Shown: positions 27,348-36,852 of the stretch, piece after piece | How positions within the stretch are numbered: the first letter of the stretch is position 1 | How the letters are laid out: each line of letters opens with the position of its first letter | Source: a virus | Taxonomy: Duplodnaviria; Caudoviricetes | Virus record (IMG/VR): IMGVR_UViG_3300035703_000124 | Span: 1-54,141 of that record | Reading direction: 5' to 3' (one strand) | DNA length: 54,141 nucleotides | Program-made: the position numbers and the translations under genes | The notes under the pieces: generated by a model | The model's input: only the letters and a program-made list of their open reading frames with translations | What the model was told of the DNA's origin: nothing | Database searches by the model: none

Positions 27348-27408
27348 GGCAAAATTAAAGGTGCTGAAGGAGAGTGGAAAGAACGCTCCCACAAGCACCG
27401 ATATGTGA
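26800..27408 (+). CDS. HNH-type homing endonuclease
   Basis: N-term GTRFGKLVV...CDCG; C-term CPIL, SPSLDRLVPELGYVKGNVRVIS.KAN.MK. Confidence 0.8.
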   Translation: MNNYSNLIITEGTRFGKLVVLELTDKRNKSGNRIYKLKCDCGNVCEKTSSMLKKKKEPVRHCGLNCSLMDRKKKKKKHGHSNTHEYYLWKGCQNRAKKNNIPFNLEYTDVVIPKKCPILEIPIFKGNERHVANSPSLDRLVPELGYVKGNVRVISYKANTMKSDASIEEIKMFAKNIILYFDEAKLKVLKESGKNAPTSTDM

Positions 27409-27443
27409 TGGTTTTTGATAAGAACTTGAAACTCTTATGGTAA
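27348..27443 (+). pseudogene. Orphaned 3' end of the mom-like gene
   Basis: Translates GKIKGAEGEWKERSHKHRYVMVFDKNLKLLW*, versus GKVKGIDGEWKERSRKHRFVMVFDKTINILW in the intact gene. Confidence 0.85.
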
Positions 27444-28082
27444 TGTATTATAAGTATTTTCAGTTCTAATAGTTTGTTGATCAATATATTGAGAAGACTC
27501 ATCATAAAATAATTCTCTTCTCATATCTTTAAGAACAGTTTGAAGATATTGTGGTTTCAAAAGATAGATTAAACTTTTTTTATTATTTTGTATTGTTTCA
27601 TATTCATAGTTACTAATTCCAACTACAGGATTCAATGTTTGTAATGGTGATATTGGATTAGGTATTGTAAAATTTGAATTTACAATTTGACCAGCAGAGA
27701 GTATTAATCTTCCATGATCATCTTTTACTTCAGTTGTTTCGTAGTGATGAATGGCATTTAAATCATTTCCATAAATTCTTTCACAATAACGATATAAGTC
27801 TTTATTTGATAGAGGCCATTGATCTCTTAAATTAGTAATTCCTGCACTTATAACTACTACCCAATCATATTCAACGCTTCCATAAATTTCTTCTGCAACT
27901 AATTCTGGTCGTGTACCATCAATAATAGTGTACTTATTGAAAATCGTAAATACATTTTGTAAGTCATCTCTAATTTTTGCTCTTCTAAAAATATTTTTTA
28001 CAAGAAGATAATCTTGTGATGATTGTTTATCGGAAAGAAATGATTGATACTGAACGTTTGGAAGTTCTCTAAAGTATGTCAT
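27435..28082 (-). CDS. gp53: Baseplate wedge subunit
   Basis: YF..LP, KNIFRR, RPE.VA..IYG...YDWVV, IHHYET. Confidence 0.85.
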   Translation of the reverse strand: MTYFRELPNVQYQSFLSDKQSSQDYLLVKNIFRRAKIRDDLQNVFTIFNKYTIIDGTRPELVAEEIYGSVEYDWVVVISAGITNLRDQWPLSNKDLYRYCERIYGNDLNAIHHYETTEVKDDHGRLILSAGQIVNSNFTIPNPISPLQTLNPVVGISNYEYETIQNNKKSLIYLLKPQYLQTVLKDMRRELFYDESSQYIDQQTIRTENTYNTLP

Positions 28083-28978
28083 TAGTAACCAACTCCTTCT
28101 TTGATATTTTGATAATCTTCTGCATAAATTGGAGAAAGTTCTTGAAACTGAAGAGATAAAATCATATGAACTGGAGTTGCATCATTAAAAGTTGCATATT
28201 GTCCAGATCCCGAGTAATTGACACTCATGTTTGTTAATGCACATGGTTTAAATTTATTCAAAAATGGATGTGCTTTTGCTCCTGTTCGATATTCAATTTG
28301 AAAAACATTTGGAGATTTTACAAAGAAACCACCACCAGTTGCTCCAGTTCCACCTTTTCTGGGCGTCATTTCTTGTTTAAAAGTTCTGATAATAGTTTTT
28401 ATTTCTTCTGCTTCTCCTTGAGATCTTGGTATTAGATCGAATGTAAATTGAAATGCCGTTCTAATGTTTACTCCCTGAAACAGCATTTCAACGTTTTGAT
28501 TTACTACTGCACCAGTTTCTCTTGATATTAATCCAGTTATATTTGCATCTTGTCCAGTAAGTGCCTGAACTGCTAACTTTGAAAATACTGATGATGCAGT
28601 TTTTTGTCCAGTTCCACTGGTAAATGCTCCTTGAAATTTGGAAAATAATTCTTGACCCTTTGAACTGGCACCACCAATAAAATCTCCACTTTCAATAGTT
28701 TCTTTTCCAGCAACAATACCAGCAGCAAGAGCAGCATTTAATGTGTTTTCACCCCAGTTTGCAGAGTTTGAGTCTGCAACAGACTGTGGCATGGGTAATA
28801 TTATAGTTGATTTTGGATTTTGAATACTTCCTTGAAGTGCTTGTTCAGTTGTCCCAAGTGCAAAAGATCCTGCAGAACCAGCAGATAGTCCTGGAGGTTT
28901 ATATTCTATAACTTTAATTTGCAAAAAATCATCATTTTTTCCAATACTAGCTTTTGGGTATCGTAGTATTTGTGCCAT
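28082..28978 (-). CDS. gp48: Baseplate tail-tube cap
   Basis: LRYP, ILPMP, N.EMLFQG...R.FQFTF.L.PRS..EA, L.FQEL. Confidence 0.8.
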   Translation of the reverse strand: MAQILRYPKASIGKNDDFLQIKVIEYKPPGLSAGSAGSFALGTTEQALQGSIQNPKSTIILPMPQSVADSNSANWGENTLNAALAAGIVAGKETIESGDFIGGASSKGQELFSKFQGAFTSGTGQKTASSVFSKLAVQALTGQDANITGLISRETGAVVNQNVEMLFQGVNIRTAFQFTFDLIPRSQGEAEEIKTIIRTFKQEMTPRKGGTGATGGGFFVKSPNVFQIEYRTGAKAHPFLNKFKPCALTNMSVNYSGSGQYATFNDATPVHMILSLQFQELSPIYAEDYQNIKEGVGY

Positions 28979-29000
28979 TTATTTTTTTAACTATTTATTT

Positions 29001-29600
29001 TTAAGTTTGGCGAAAATCTGCATAAGGAATAGAACGAAGTGTAGTAAATTCATTGAAATTCACTTCATAAAAAGGACTTGCAACTTCTTTAAAAGTATAT
29101 TGTCTAAATGGACTTTGACCACCCCTGAGTTGCCAATGATAATTAAACCCAAAAAATCCATAATCCATGGGTTCGGATGCAAGTATCAATGGATATCGGT
29201 CGTAAATAATATTTGGTGTTTTAGCATAATATATGTAGGTATAATATTTACCTGCAGATGGAAGATCTCTTTCAGTATCTTGAATTCTTTCAATAATCAT
29301 GTTCATTAGTTCTGAAGGACTCTCAATACCAATCAAATCTCTTTTGACCGATGCAATTCTGTTATCAGTTTTTTGTTTATCTCCTTTACCACCAGATCTA
29401 CGTTTTGGATTTGCTCTTTCATAATCAACATCATATTTAATGATATAAATTAATTGTGTTCTATTTAAACGACTATAATTTGTACTCGTTGCTCCAGTTT
29501 TTGTGTACTGATGGGATACATGATATACTGTTGCAATCTCTTTTAATTCACTTAATGAATAATCTTCAAGTTTTGGTTTTTCGTAACCTGTAAGTGCCAT
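29001..29600 (-). CDS. gp2: DNA end protector-like protein
   Basis: YYTYIY.AKT, YDRYPL, G.NYHW; position between gp4 and gp48. Confidence 0.5.
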   Translation of the reverse strand: MALTGYEKPKLEDYSLSELKEIATVYHVSHQYTKTGATSTNYSRLNRTQLIYIIKYDVDYERANPKRRSGGKGDKQKTDNRIASVKRDLIGIESPSELMNMIIERIQDTERDLPSAGKYYTYIYYAKTPNIIYDRYPLILASEPMDYGFFGFNYHWQLRGGQSPFRQYTFKEVASPFYEVNFNEFTTLRSIPYADFRQT

Positions 29601-30037
29601 TACTTGATACCTAAATGATCTTCGGTGATAATTTTAAATTTCCATTGACGATCTTGGCAAAATTCTTCAGCAACTTTCCATTTTGCTTGATTTCTTGCCC
29701 ATTCAGTTACTTCGTAAATATATCCTTTTGTTCTTCTTTTTTGGACTTTTGGTTCAACTGTTTGTTTCTTCGGTTTAATTTCAATAATATATTTTTGTAT
29801 CTTTCCATCGTTTTCACGAACTTTAATATAAAAATCTGGAAAATATTTGTGAATTTTTCCGTCTATTGGTGAGCGGTAGGGAAGACCAATTTCTTCACTT
29901 CCCCACTCAAGAATGTTTTCATTTAAATCACAATAAACCATAAATTTTCTTTCCCACAATGAACGATAAACAATATTTGTGGGATCACCTTTATATTTTT
30001 GAGGATATGATGGTTGATATTTTCCTTTATATGCCAT
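29600..30037 (-). CDS. gp4: Head completion nuclease
   Basis: KYKGDPTNIVYRSLWE, WGSEE, YFPDF, IEIKP, NQAKW, ITE. Confidence 0.9.
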   Translation of the reverse strand: MAYKGKYQPSYPQKYKGDPTNIVYRSLWERKFMVYCDLNENILEWGSEEIGLPYRSPIDGKIHKYFPDFYIKVRENDGKIQKYIIEIKPKKQTVEPKVQKRRTKGYIYEVTEWARNQAKWKVAEEFCQDRQWKFKIITEDHLGIK

Positions 30038-30077
30038 CTAAATACTTATAATAAAAGATCAATTATAGGTATTTAGA

Positions 30078-30851
30078 GTGCCAATTCCCAGGAGTTTATC
30101 GAGTGTAAAATCTTTATTTGGAAATTTAGCACAAACATCTCATTATGAAGTTCAGTTTGGTGGACTACCATCGGAACTTTCATCATTTCTATTGGGTAAA
30201 GGTATTACTCCATTTTTTACTGGTGGTGATTTTGGATTACTGTGTTTTTCTGCATCGTTACCAACTTCTTCTTTTGCAACTGCAGAAGTATCTCCTTATA
30301 TTGGATTAAAAGAAAAAATAGCACATACAAGAATATACACAAATATAACTTTAGAGTTTTATGTTGACAGCAGTTATAATACTTTAAAATTATTAGAACA
30401 TTGGATGGATTATATTGCAAGCGGATCTGCAGCGAATCAAGCATCTAATGATTACTTCATTCGAATGCAATATCCCTCAACATATAAATCTGATCAAACA
30501 AGAATTATAAAATTTGATAGAGATTATAAGAGAGAAATTGAATATACTTTCCGAGGATTATTTCCCGCCTCAATTTCAAGTGTCCCAGTTTCTTATGGAC
30601 CATCTGATGTATTAAAAGTTGCTGCCACATTTGAGTATGATCGCTATATTGCAGGTAGGGCACTCAGTTTACCCATATTTCAGGGAATTTCATTTAACAA
30701 TGATTCAACAATTCCTAGAAGAGTTCCTATGTCTCCTGGTCAGGCAGGAACTAGTGGAGTTGTTTTTAGACCAATAAACCTAACTCCAACAGAAGCAATA
30801 GTAAAAGGTGAACTTTATACTACATTAACAGGAAGTCAAAAAGCAGTCTAA
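30078..30851 (+). CDS. Tail tube/baseplate tube initiator-like protein (gp19/gp54 family)
   Basis: LLC..ASLP, LEFYVD, E.WMDYI, FP.SI, F.YD; divergent from gp4, with TAAATA on both strands of the intergenic region. Confidence 0.6.
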   Translation: MPIPRSLSSVKSLFGNLAQTSHYEVQFGGLPSELSSFLLGKGITPFFTGGDFGLLCFSASLPTSSFATAEVSPYIGLKEKIAHTRIYTNITLEFYVDSSYNTLKLLEHWMDYIASGSAANQASNDYFIRMQYPSTYKSDQTRIIKFDRDYKREIEYTFRGLFPASISSVPVSYGPSDVLKVAATFEYDRYIAGRALSLPIFQGISFNNDSTIPRRVPMSPGQAGTSGVVFRPINLTPTEAIVKGELYTTLTGSQKAV

Positions 30852-30876
30852 ATATTTTTACTAGTAATTAATTATT

Positions 30877-31596
30877 ATGCCATTACCAAAAGTTTCTACA
30901 CCAACATATGAGTTGGAAATTCCCTCTATAAAAAAGACAGTTAAATATAGACCTTTTCTTGTTAAGGAAGAGAAAATTTTGATCATTGCAATGGAGAGTG
31001 AAGATCCAAAGCAAATTACAGAAGCAGTAAAAGATGTAATTAGTAATTGTATTATTACCAGAGGTATTAAAGTTGATACACTGGCAACTTTTGATATTGA
31101 ATATTTGTTTTTAAATATTAGAGGTAAATCTGTAGGGGAAACTGCAGAAGTTTTAATTACTTGTCCAGATGATGGAGAAACTCAAGTACCAGTAACAATT
31201 AGTCTAGATGATATTAAAGTAGAAGTAGATAAAGATCATACTCGTGATATTCAATTGGATGATAACTTAAGTGTTAGAATGAAATATCCATCTATTCAAG
31301 AATTTATTAAAAATAATTTTATTCGTAATGATCAAATTAGTGTAGATGATACTTTTGGAGTTATTACTTCTTGTATTGAACAAATTTACAATGAAGAAGA
31401 ATCTTGGTCGGCATCAGATTGTACTAAAAAAGAATTGACAGACTTTTTAGAATCATTGAGTTCAAAACAGTTCAAAAAAATTGAAAAATTCTTTGAAACT
31501 ATGCCAAAATTAAGTCATACTATTGAAGTAACAAATCCAAATACTGGTGTAGAAAATAAGATTGTACTTGAGGGATTAACATCTTTTTTCGCCTAG
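30877..31596 (+). CDS. gp26: Baseplate hub assembly protein
   Basis: MPLPK..TP.YEL, YRPFLVKEEK.L, FDIEYLFL.IRGKSVGE, FF..MPKL. Confidence 0.88.
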   Translation: MPLPKVSTPTYELEIPSIKKTVKYRPFLVKEEKILIIAMESEDPKQITEAVKDVISNCIITRGIKVDTLATFDIEYLFLNIRGKSVGETAEVLITCPDDGETQVPVTISLDDIKVEVDKDHTRDIQLDDNLSVRMKYPSIQEFIKNNFIRNDQISVDDTFGVITSCIEQIYNEEESWSASDCTKKELTDFLESLSSKQFKKIEKFFETMPKLSHTIEVTNPNTGVENKIVLEGLTSFFA

Positions 31597-31598
31597 CG

Positions 31599-31775
31599 AT
31601 GGCGCATGAGAGTCTTGCGTCATATTATAAAATAAATTTTGCTCTTCTTCAACACCATAAATATAGCTTGACAGACTTAGAAAATATGATACCTTGGGAA
31701 AGAGAAGTGTACGTTTCTCTACTCCAACAATATATTGAAGAGGAAAATTTAAAGAACGGAACAAATAATGGATGA
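31599..31775 (+). CDS. gp51: Baseplate hub assembly catalyst (58 aa)
   Basis: YYKINFALLQHHKYSLTDLENMIPWEREVYV.LL; missed by the ORF track. Confidence 0.85.
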   Translation: MAHESLASYYKINFALLQHHKYSLTDLENMIPWEREVYVSLLQQYIEEENLKNGTNNG

Positions 31776-33498
31776 GCAAGTTACACCACTTACAGGTTCT
31801 CCTCTTTCTCAAGAGTCTAGGCAAGTTATTGCTGGAAGTACATCAGTATCTGGACAAACAATAAGAGGATCTAACTTATTAGGTAGTGTTGCACCAAGTG
31901 AAACTGAAATTAAAAATCTTCAAACACTTCAACAAAATCAGTCATCATTAGTTGAAGTTCAAAGTGGAATATTTGGAATAAGACAAGATATTAATCAATT
32001 AAATACTGGACTAATTAGTATTGCTACGTTGTTGCAACAAGATGCAACCAATGAAGAAAGAATATTAAGATCACAGCAAGAAAGTGAAAGAAGACTTGCG
32101 GAAGAGCAAGTAAGAATTGGAAAAGAAAGTGATATAGAAAAAAAGATACAAGCAGCAATAGTTGCACCTGTAGCAGAACTTGCACCAAAAGTTCAAAATC
32201 TTTTTGGAAATGTTCTTCAATCTCTGGGTTATCTTTTTGGTGGATGGTTAACTAATCAAGTCATAGAGTATATTAAAGAAGAAGGTGAAGGAAATAATGA
32301 AAGATTAGTAGAAATTAAAAATAATATTATTAAAAACATTGTCATTGCTGGTGGTGCATTATTAGCAGTTAAACTTGGAATTTCTGCTTTGTCAAGATCT
32401 TTATTTGGTATTACAGGTGCAGTTGCAAAATTATTAGGTAAAACTGTTGCAGCACCTTTTAATGTTATTAAAAATATAGTTACTCCACCACAAATAAAAC
32501 CTTCTGGTGGTACAAAACCTTCTGGTGGTGCAAAACCTCCTGGTGGAGGACTTGGTGGTACTATTAGGGGAATGGCAAGTGGGGCAGGAAACTTTATAAA
32601 AGGATTAGCAGCACCATTGTTGGTTGGATCTGCAATGACAGGTATTGATATTGCAACTGGAGAGGATCCTGGTCGAGCAGTTGCTGGTGCTACTACTGGA
32701 ATGATTGGATCTGCAGCAGCATTTGCAGCAGGATCCTTGTTGCCTATTCCAGGCAGTGGAGTTGTTTCAAGTGCTATTGCATATAATCCATCTGCAGAAT
32801 TTGGTAAAGACATATATGATAAGTTTTTTGGAAAAACTCAGTCACAACCTCAACCAGAAACAAAAGCATCCCAATCACTGAATAAAGAACAACCTCAACC
32901 AGAAACAAAACCAACACCAACACAACCTTTAGTTTTGTCGCCAAATGCAGAATCTATTGCAGAACAAAAAACTGAAGCACTTAAACCATCTCCTCAACAA
33001 GAATTGGTGCAAGAACCAAAAATAAACTTCCCAGATTATTCAAATACATTTAATCTTTCTGCAGATAACACTTTTGTTACCGCAAATATTAATCCAGAAA
33101 AACAGTCAGAAAATGAAATAAAACCAAACCAAGCAATGTTACCACAAAGTAAGGAGTTAAGTTTTGATACTTCTTCTATGTTTAAACCAGAAAGTCCCAC
33201 TAATTTCCTTGAAAGTTACAATAACTCAAAGACAGAAGAAAATATCCCAGAAAAAACAACACCAATACAACCAGTACAAATTCAAGGTGTTCCTACTCAA
33301 ACTCCACAAGTTGGAGAACTACCAGAACCAAAACCAAATGTCATTTATGCATCTTCTGGATCTTCTCAACAACAAGGTGCTCAAATGAATCAAACTCCTT
33401 CTAACGGGCCTTTGACAGATGTTCCTTTGATTCGTTCATCCAATCCAGATAATTTTTATACATTATATTCTTACTCTTGCTATAATGTGGTGATATAA
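31768..33498 (+). CDS. Putative baseplate hub/tape-measure-like protein
   Basis: Coiled-coil N-term, Ala/Gly hydrophobic middle, Pro/Gln-rich C-term; follows gp26-gp51. Confidence 0.5.
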   Translation: MDEQVTPLTGSPLSQESRQVIAGSTSVSGQTIRGSNLLGSVAPSETEIKNLQTLQQNQSSLVEVQSGIFGIRQDINQLNTGLISIATLLQQDATNEERILRSQQESERRLAEEQVRIGKESDIEKKIQAAIVAPVAELAPKVQNLFGNVLQSLGYLFGGWLTNQVIEYIKEEGEGNNERLVEIKNNIIKNIVIAGGALLAVKLGISALSRSLFGITGAVAKLLGKTVAAPFNVIKNIVTPPQIKPSGGTKPSGGAKPPGGGLGGTIRGMASGAGNFIKGLAAPLLVGSAMTGIDIATGEDPGRAVAGATTGMIGSAAAFAAGSLLPIPGSGVVSSAIAYNPSAEFGKDIYDKFFGKTQSQPQPETKASQSLNKEQPQPETKPTPTQPLVLSPNAESIAEQKTEALKPSPQQELVQEPKINFPDYSNTFNLSADNTFVTANINPEKQSENEIKPNQAMLPQSKELSFDTSSMFKPESPTNFLESYNNSKTEENIPEKTTPIQPVQIQGVPTQTPQVGELPEPKPNVIYASSGSSQQQGAQMNQTPSNGPLTDVPLIRSSNPDNFYTLYSYSCYNVVI

Positions 33499-33499
33499 T

Positions 33500-35527
33500 A
33501 TGGCAACAACCGCAGATATTATATCCCAAACTTCTAGTATTAATTTAATTACAAAATCAATATCGTCTACTCGTTCTTCCCTGTCAAGTACTAATGTTAG
33601 TGTTGGTAGAATACAAAAAATTATAGAAACAAAAACAAAAGTAAGAAGTGACTTGTTCTTTAAAAATCAAATTATAGAAAGAAGGAGAAGAGAAGCATCC
33701 AAAAGAAGAGAATATGAAGATCAAATAGAAGCATCGAAAGTAACCACAAACATTAAATCTGGATTACGAGTTACTTCATCCAGTGGTCAAGGCCCATTGA
33801 GTAGAATTTTATCTTTCCTTGGATACATGGGTGCCGGATGGATTATTGAAAATCTTCCAACATGGATTGCAATGGGACAAGAGTTCATTGCAAGAATGAG
33901 AAAGGCAGGAGAACTCATATATTCAATACCACAAACTATGTTGAAAGTTCTTCAAGGGTTTGGTGATGTATTGAAAGCAGTAGGAACAAATATTCGCAAC
34001 TTAGATTTTACAGATTCTTCTAATGAAGTACAAAATTCATTTACACAATTAACTGATACCATAGATTTATTGGGAACACAAATTGTAGATGGATTTAAAT
34101 TGATGTTACAACCAACAGGTGAGGTTGATATTCCTTCTACTGGAGAACAACAACCTGACACTGGTTTTCCTGAGGTTCCTACACCTTCTCCTGGTGGTGG
34201 AGGTTTTGGTGGATCTGGAGTTTCAAAAGGAGTTGAAATTGCAAGAAGATTACAAAAAGATCTTGGGTTGAGAGACTATCAAGCAGCAGCAGTTGTTGGA
34301 AATCTTTTACAAGAAAATAGCACTCTTGGCCCAAGTGTTCTTGAAGGTGGAAAAAAAGGATTATTAACCGAAGCAATGAGAAAAGGAACTGGTTATGGAT
34401 GGGCACAATGGACATATCCAAGTAGACAAAAAGAATTATATCAACTTGCAGAAAGTATGGGAGTTGACCCTTCAAAACAACCTTTAACTGATGAAATTAA
34501 TTATGCAATGCTTCTTAGAGAATTGTCAAGACTTCCTTCTTTTAAATCAACAAAATCTATAGAGGAAGCTTCTAATTGGATATTGGTAAATTATGAAAAT
34601 CCTGCAGATAAAGGATCAAGAGAACAAAGTGAGAGAATTGCAGATAGTAAAAAAGTTTTACAAGGACTAAAATCTACGCCATCTACTCCACCAAAACCAA
34701 CAGCACCCCCAAGACCAGTATCAACTGGAACTATGAATTTAATACCGCAGACAGGTTCTGGAGGATTTATTCAAGGTGGATCTGGATCTGCAGGAGATGC
34801 CACATATGCAACACACTTTCATATAGACGCTAAATCTGCAAATCCAAATGCAGCACAACTTGCGAATATTCGTGAAGTTTCTTTTCAAGCAGTAAAAGCA
34901 ATGTTTGCTAGAGGATCATGGGTTCATTTTGGAAATATTAAAAAAAATGTTTATAGTAATGTATCAGATTCTGAATTAAAATCTTTAATTGCTGCTGAAC
35001 AAAGAGCACATGGTGCAAGAAGTAGTGCAGGTGTAGATATTCAAGAACATAATCCAAAAACAAAACAAACTTTCCCCTCTCAACCAGGATCAGCGACTAA
35101 ATTTCCTTTTGCTGTTGGTGAAGTTTATTATCGTGGTGGATATGGAAGAGAAGCAGAAATTATAGGAACTGGAGGAATTACAGTATCCCATGGTGCTGCC
35201 GGTTCTAAGGCAAGTCAAATATCTCCACAACTTGCAAAAGTTCCATCAGAAACTTCTATAACTCCATCACCATCCTCAGAATCACAACAACCACAAATTT
35301 CTTCTCTTTCTTTGCAAGAACAAATGGCAGTTGCGGAGGCTGTAAAAGTAGAAAGAATGGGACAACAGTTTCTTTTTATTGATGACAGATCAGCACCACA
35401 ACCATCTGTTTCTGCAGGATCTCAAAAATCTTATGGTGGAGGTGGTGCTTCTGGTCAAATAACTGAGTTTGATATGTTAAATAGATTTATGAAACAAAAA
35501 TTACTCTTAGACTTTAACTATCTCTAA
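33500..35527 (+). CDS. Tail/baseplate protein with phage-tail-lysozyme-like domain
   Basis: AAAVVGNLLQEN...GYGWAQWT..R, YE.P. Confidence 0.65.
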   Translation: MATTADIISQTSSINLITKSISSTRSSLSSTNVSVGRIQKIIETKTKVRSDLFFKNQIIERRRREASKRREYEDQIEASKVTTNIKSGLRVTSSSGQGPLSRILSFLGYMGAGWIIENLPTWIAMGQEFIARMRKAGELIYSIPQTMLKVLQGFGDVLKAVGTNIRNLDFTDSSNEVQNSFTQLTDTIDLLGTQIVDGFKLMLQPTGEVDIPSTGEQQPDTGFPEVPTPSPGGGGFGGSGVSKGVEIARRLQKDLGLRDYQAAAVVGNLLQENSTLGPSVLEGGKKGLLTEAMRKGTGYGWAQWTYPSRQKELYQLAESMGVDPSKQPLTDEINYAMLLRELSRLPSFKSTKSIEEASNWILVNYENPADKGSREQSERIADSKKVLQGLKSTPSTPPKPTAPPRPVSTGTMNLIPQTGSGGFIQGGSGSAGDATYATHFHIDAKSANPNAAQLANIREVSFQAVKAMFARGSWVHFGNIKKNVYSNVSDSELKSLIAAEQRAHGARSSAGVDIQEHNPKTKQTFPSQPGSATKFPFAVGEVYYRGGYGREAEIIGTGGITVSHGAAGSKASQISPQLAKVPSETSITPSPSSESQQPQISSLSLQEQMAVAEAVKVERMGQQFLFIDDRSAPQPSVSAGSQKSYGGGGASGQITEFDMLNRFMKQKLLLDFNYL

Positions 35528-36852
35528 TGGAAGCAGCAAAGAAGTCCATATATGATACAGTATTAATAGAATCTAACGATCAAAAGCAAAGAATTGATCT
35601 AAGAACATCTATTGTTGCTTTTGAATACTATGAAGATATATTCTCCCCAATTGTTACTGCCAAAATAAAAATAGTAAATACTGGAAATTCTGCATCCACA
35701 GAAAAAGATACTAGTAAACAATCTCTTTATAATGGACTTCCTTTAAGAGGTGGTGAAAGAATAGCAATCAAAGTAAGACCAAATACAAAAACTAATATTG
35801 CATTAGATTTTGCCAATAAAGTTGAAAATTATTTTTATGTTTCAAGTATAACTGATGTAATTGCAGAAGCACAGAGAGAAAGTTTTACATTACATTTAGT
35901 TCCTAGAGAAGCGATTACAAATGAAACTGTAAGAGTCACAAGAAAATACCCAACAACATTAAGTATTGATGGATCAGTTGAAAAAATTTTAAAGGAAGTT
36001 TTACAATCCAAAAAGATTGGAAAAATTGATAAGACTTCAAATAAGTATGGATTTATTGGAAATATGAGAAAACCATTCACTATATTGACCTGGTTGGCTT
36101 CTAAATCTGTACCTACAGAATCTAAAGATGGTACAGCAGGATTTTTATTTTATCAAACAAAGGATGGATTTAATTTTAGATCTATCGATGAGATGAATAA
36201 AGAAAAACCAAAGGCAACTTATATTTACAGTGAAGCAGTACAATCTTATTCTGAAGAAAATCAAAAAGTCAATAATGACTTTAAAATTTTAAATTATTTC
36301 ATTGATCGTAACCAAAATTTAATTGAAAAATTAAGGTTAGGAACTTATGCTAGTTATCGGATGTTCTTTAATCCTTTAGACTTTAAATTTTCAAAACCAG
36401 AAGAAGGAGTTTTTAAGCAAAGTGATTATGTCAAATCAACTGAAAATCTAGGAGATCGATTAAAGTTACCTAAAGTTTCTGATGGATCTGAACAAACTCT
36501 TGGTGACATACCATCAAGAATGATTACACAAATATTAGATGTTGGAACATTGGAACAAAATGTATCCACAGATAAGAATTCTGATCCTCAAAAATATCAG
36601 TCACAGTCATTGATGAGATATAATAGCCTCTTTACACAACAACTAAATTTGATAGTTCCTTTAAATACAAACTTGAGTGCTGGAAATATTATTGAGTGTA
36701 ATTTTCCAAAAATTAGTAGTTCTGATAAAAAAGAATTTGATCAGGAAACAAGTGGACTATATATGATAAAGGAATTATGTCACCATTTTGATACTGAAAG
36801 TTCTTATACATCAATGAAATTAGTAAGAGATACCTTCGGACAGAAAAAATGA
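35527..36852 (+). CDS. Putative baseplate hub protein (gp27-like position)
   Basis: YYEDIFSP, LPLRGGE, FYQTKDGFNFRSID, SGLYMI.EL.H; precedes gp5. Confidence 0.55.
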   Translation: MEAAKKSIYDTVLIESNDQKQRIDLRTSIVAFEYYEDIFSPIVTAKIKIVNTGNSASTEKDTSKQSLYNGLPLRGGERIAIKVRPNTKTNIALDFANKVENYFYVSSITDVIAEAQRESFTLHLVPREAITNETVRVTRKYPTTLSIDGSVEKILKEVLQSKKIGKIDKTSNKYGFIGNMRKPFTILTWLASKSVPTESKDGTAGFLFYQTKDGFNFRSIDEMNKEKPKATYIYSEAVQSYSEENQKVNNDFKILNYFIDRNQNLIEKLRLGTYASYRMFFNPLDFKFSKPEEGVFKQSDYVKSTENLGDRLKLPKVSDGSEQTLGDIPSRMITQILDVGTLEQNVSTDKNSDPQKYQSQSLMRYNSLFTQQLNLIVPLNTNLSAGNIIECNFPKISSSDKKEFDQETSGLYMIKELCHHFDTESSYTSMKLVRDTFGQKK

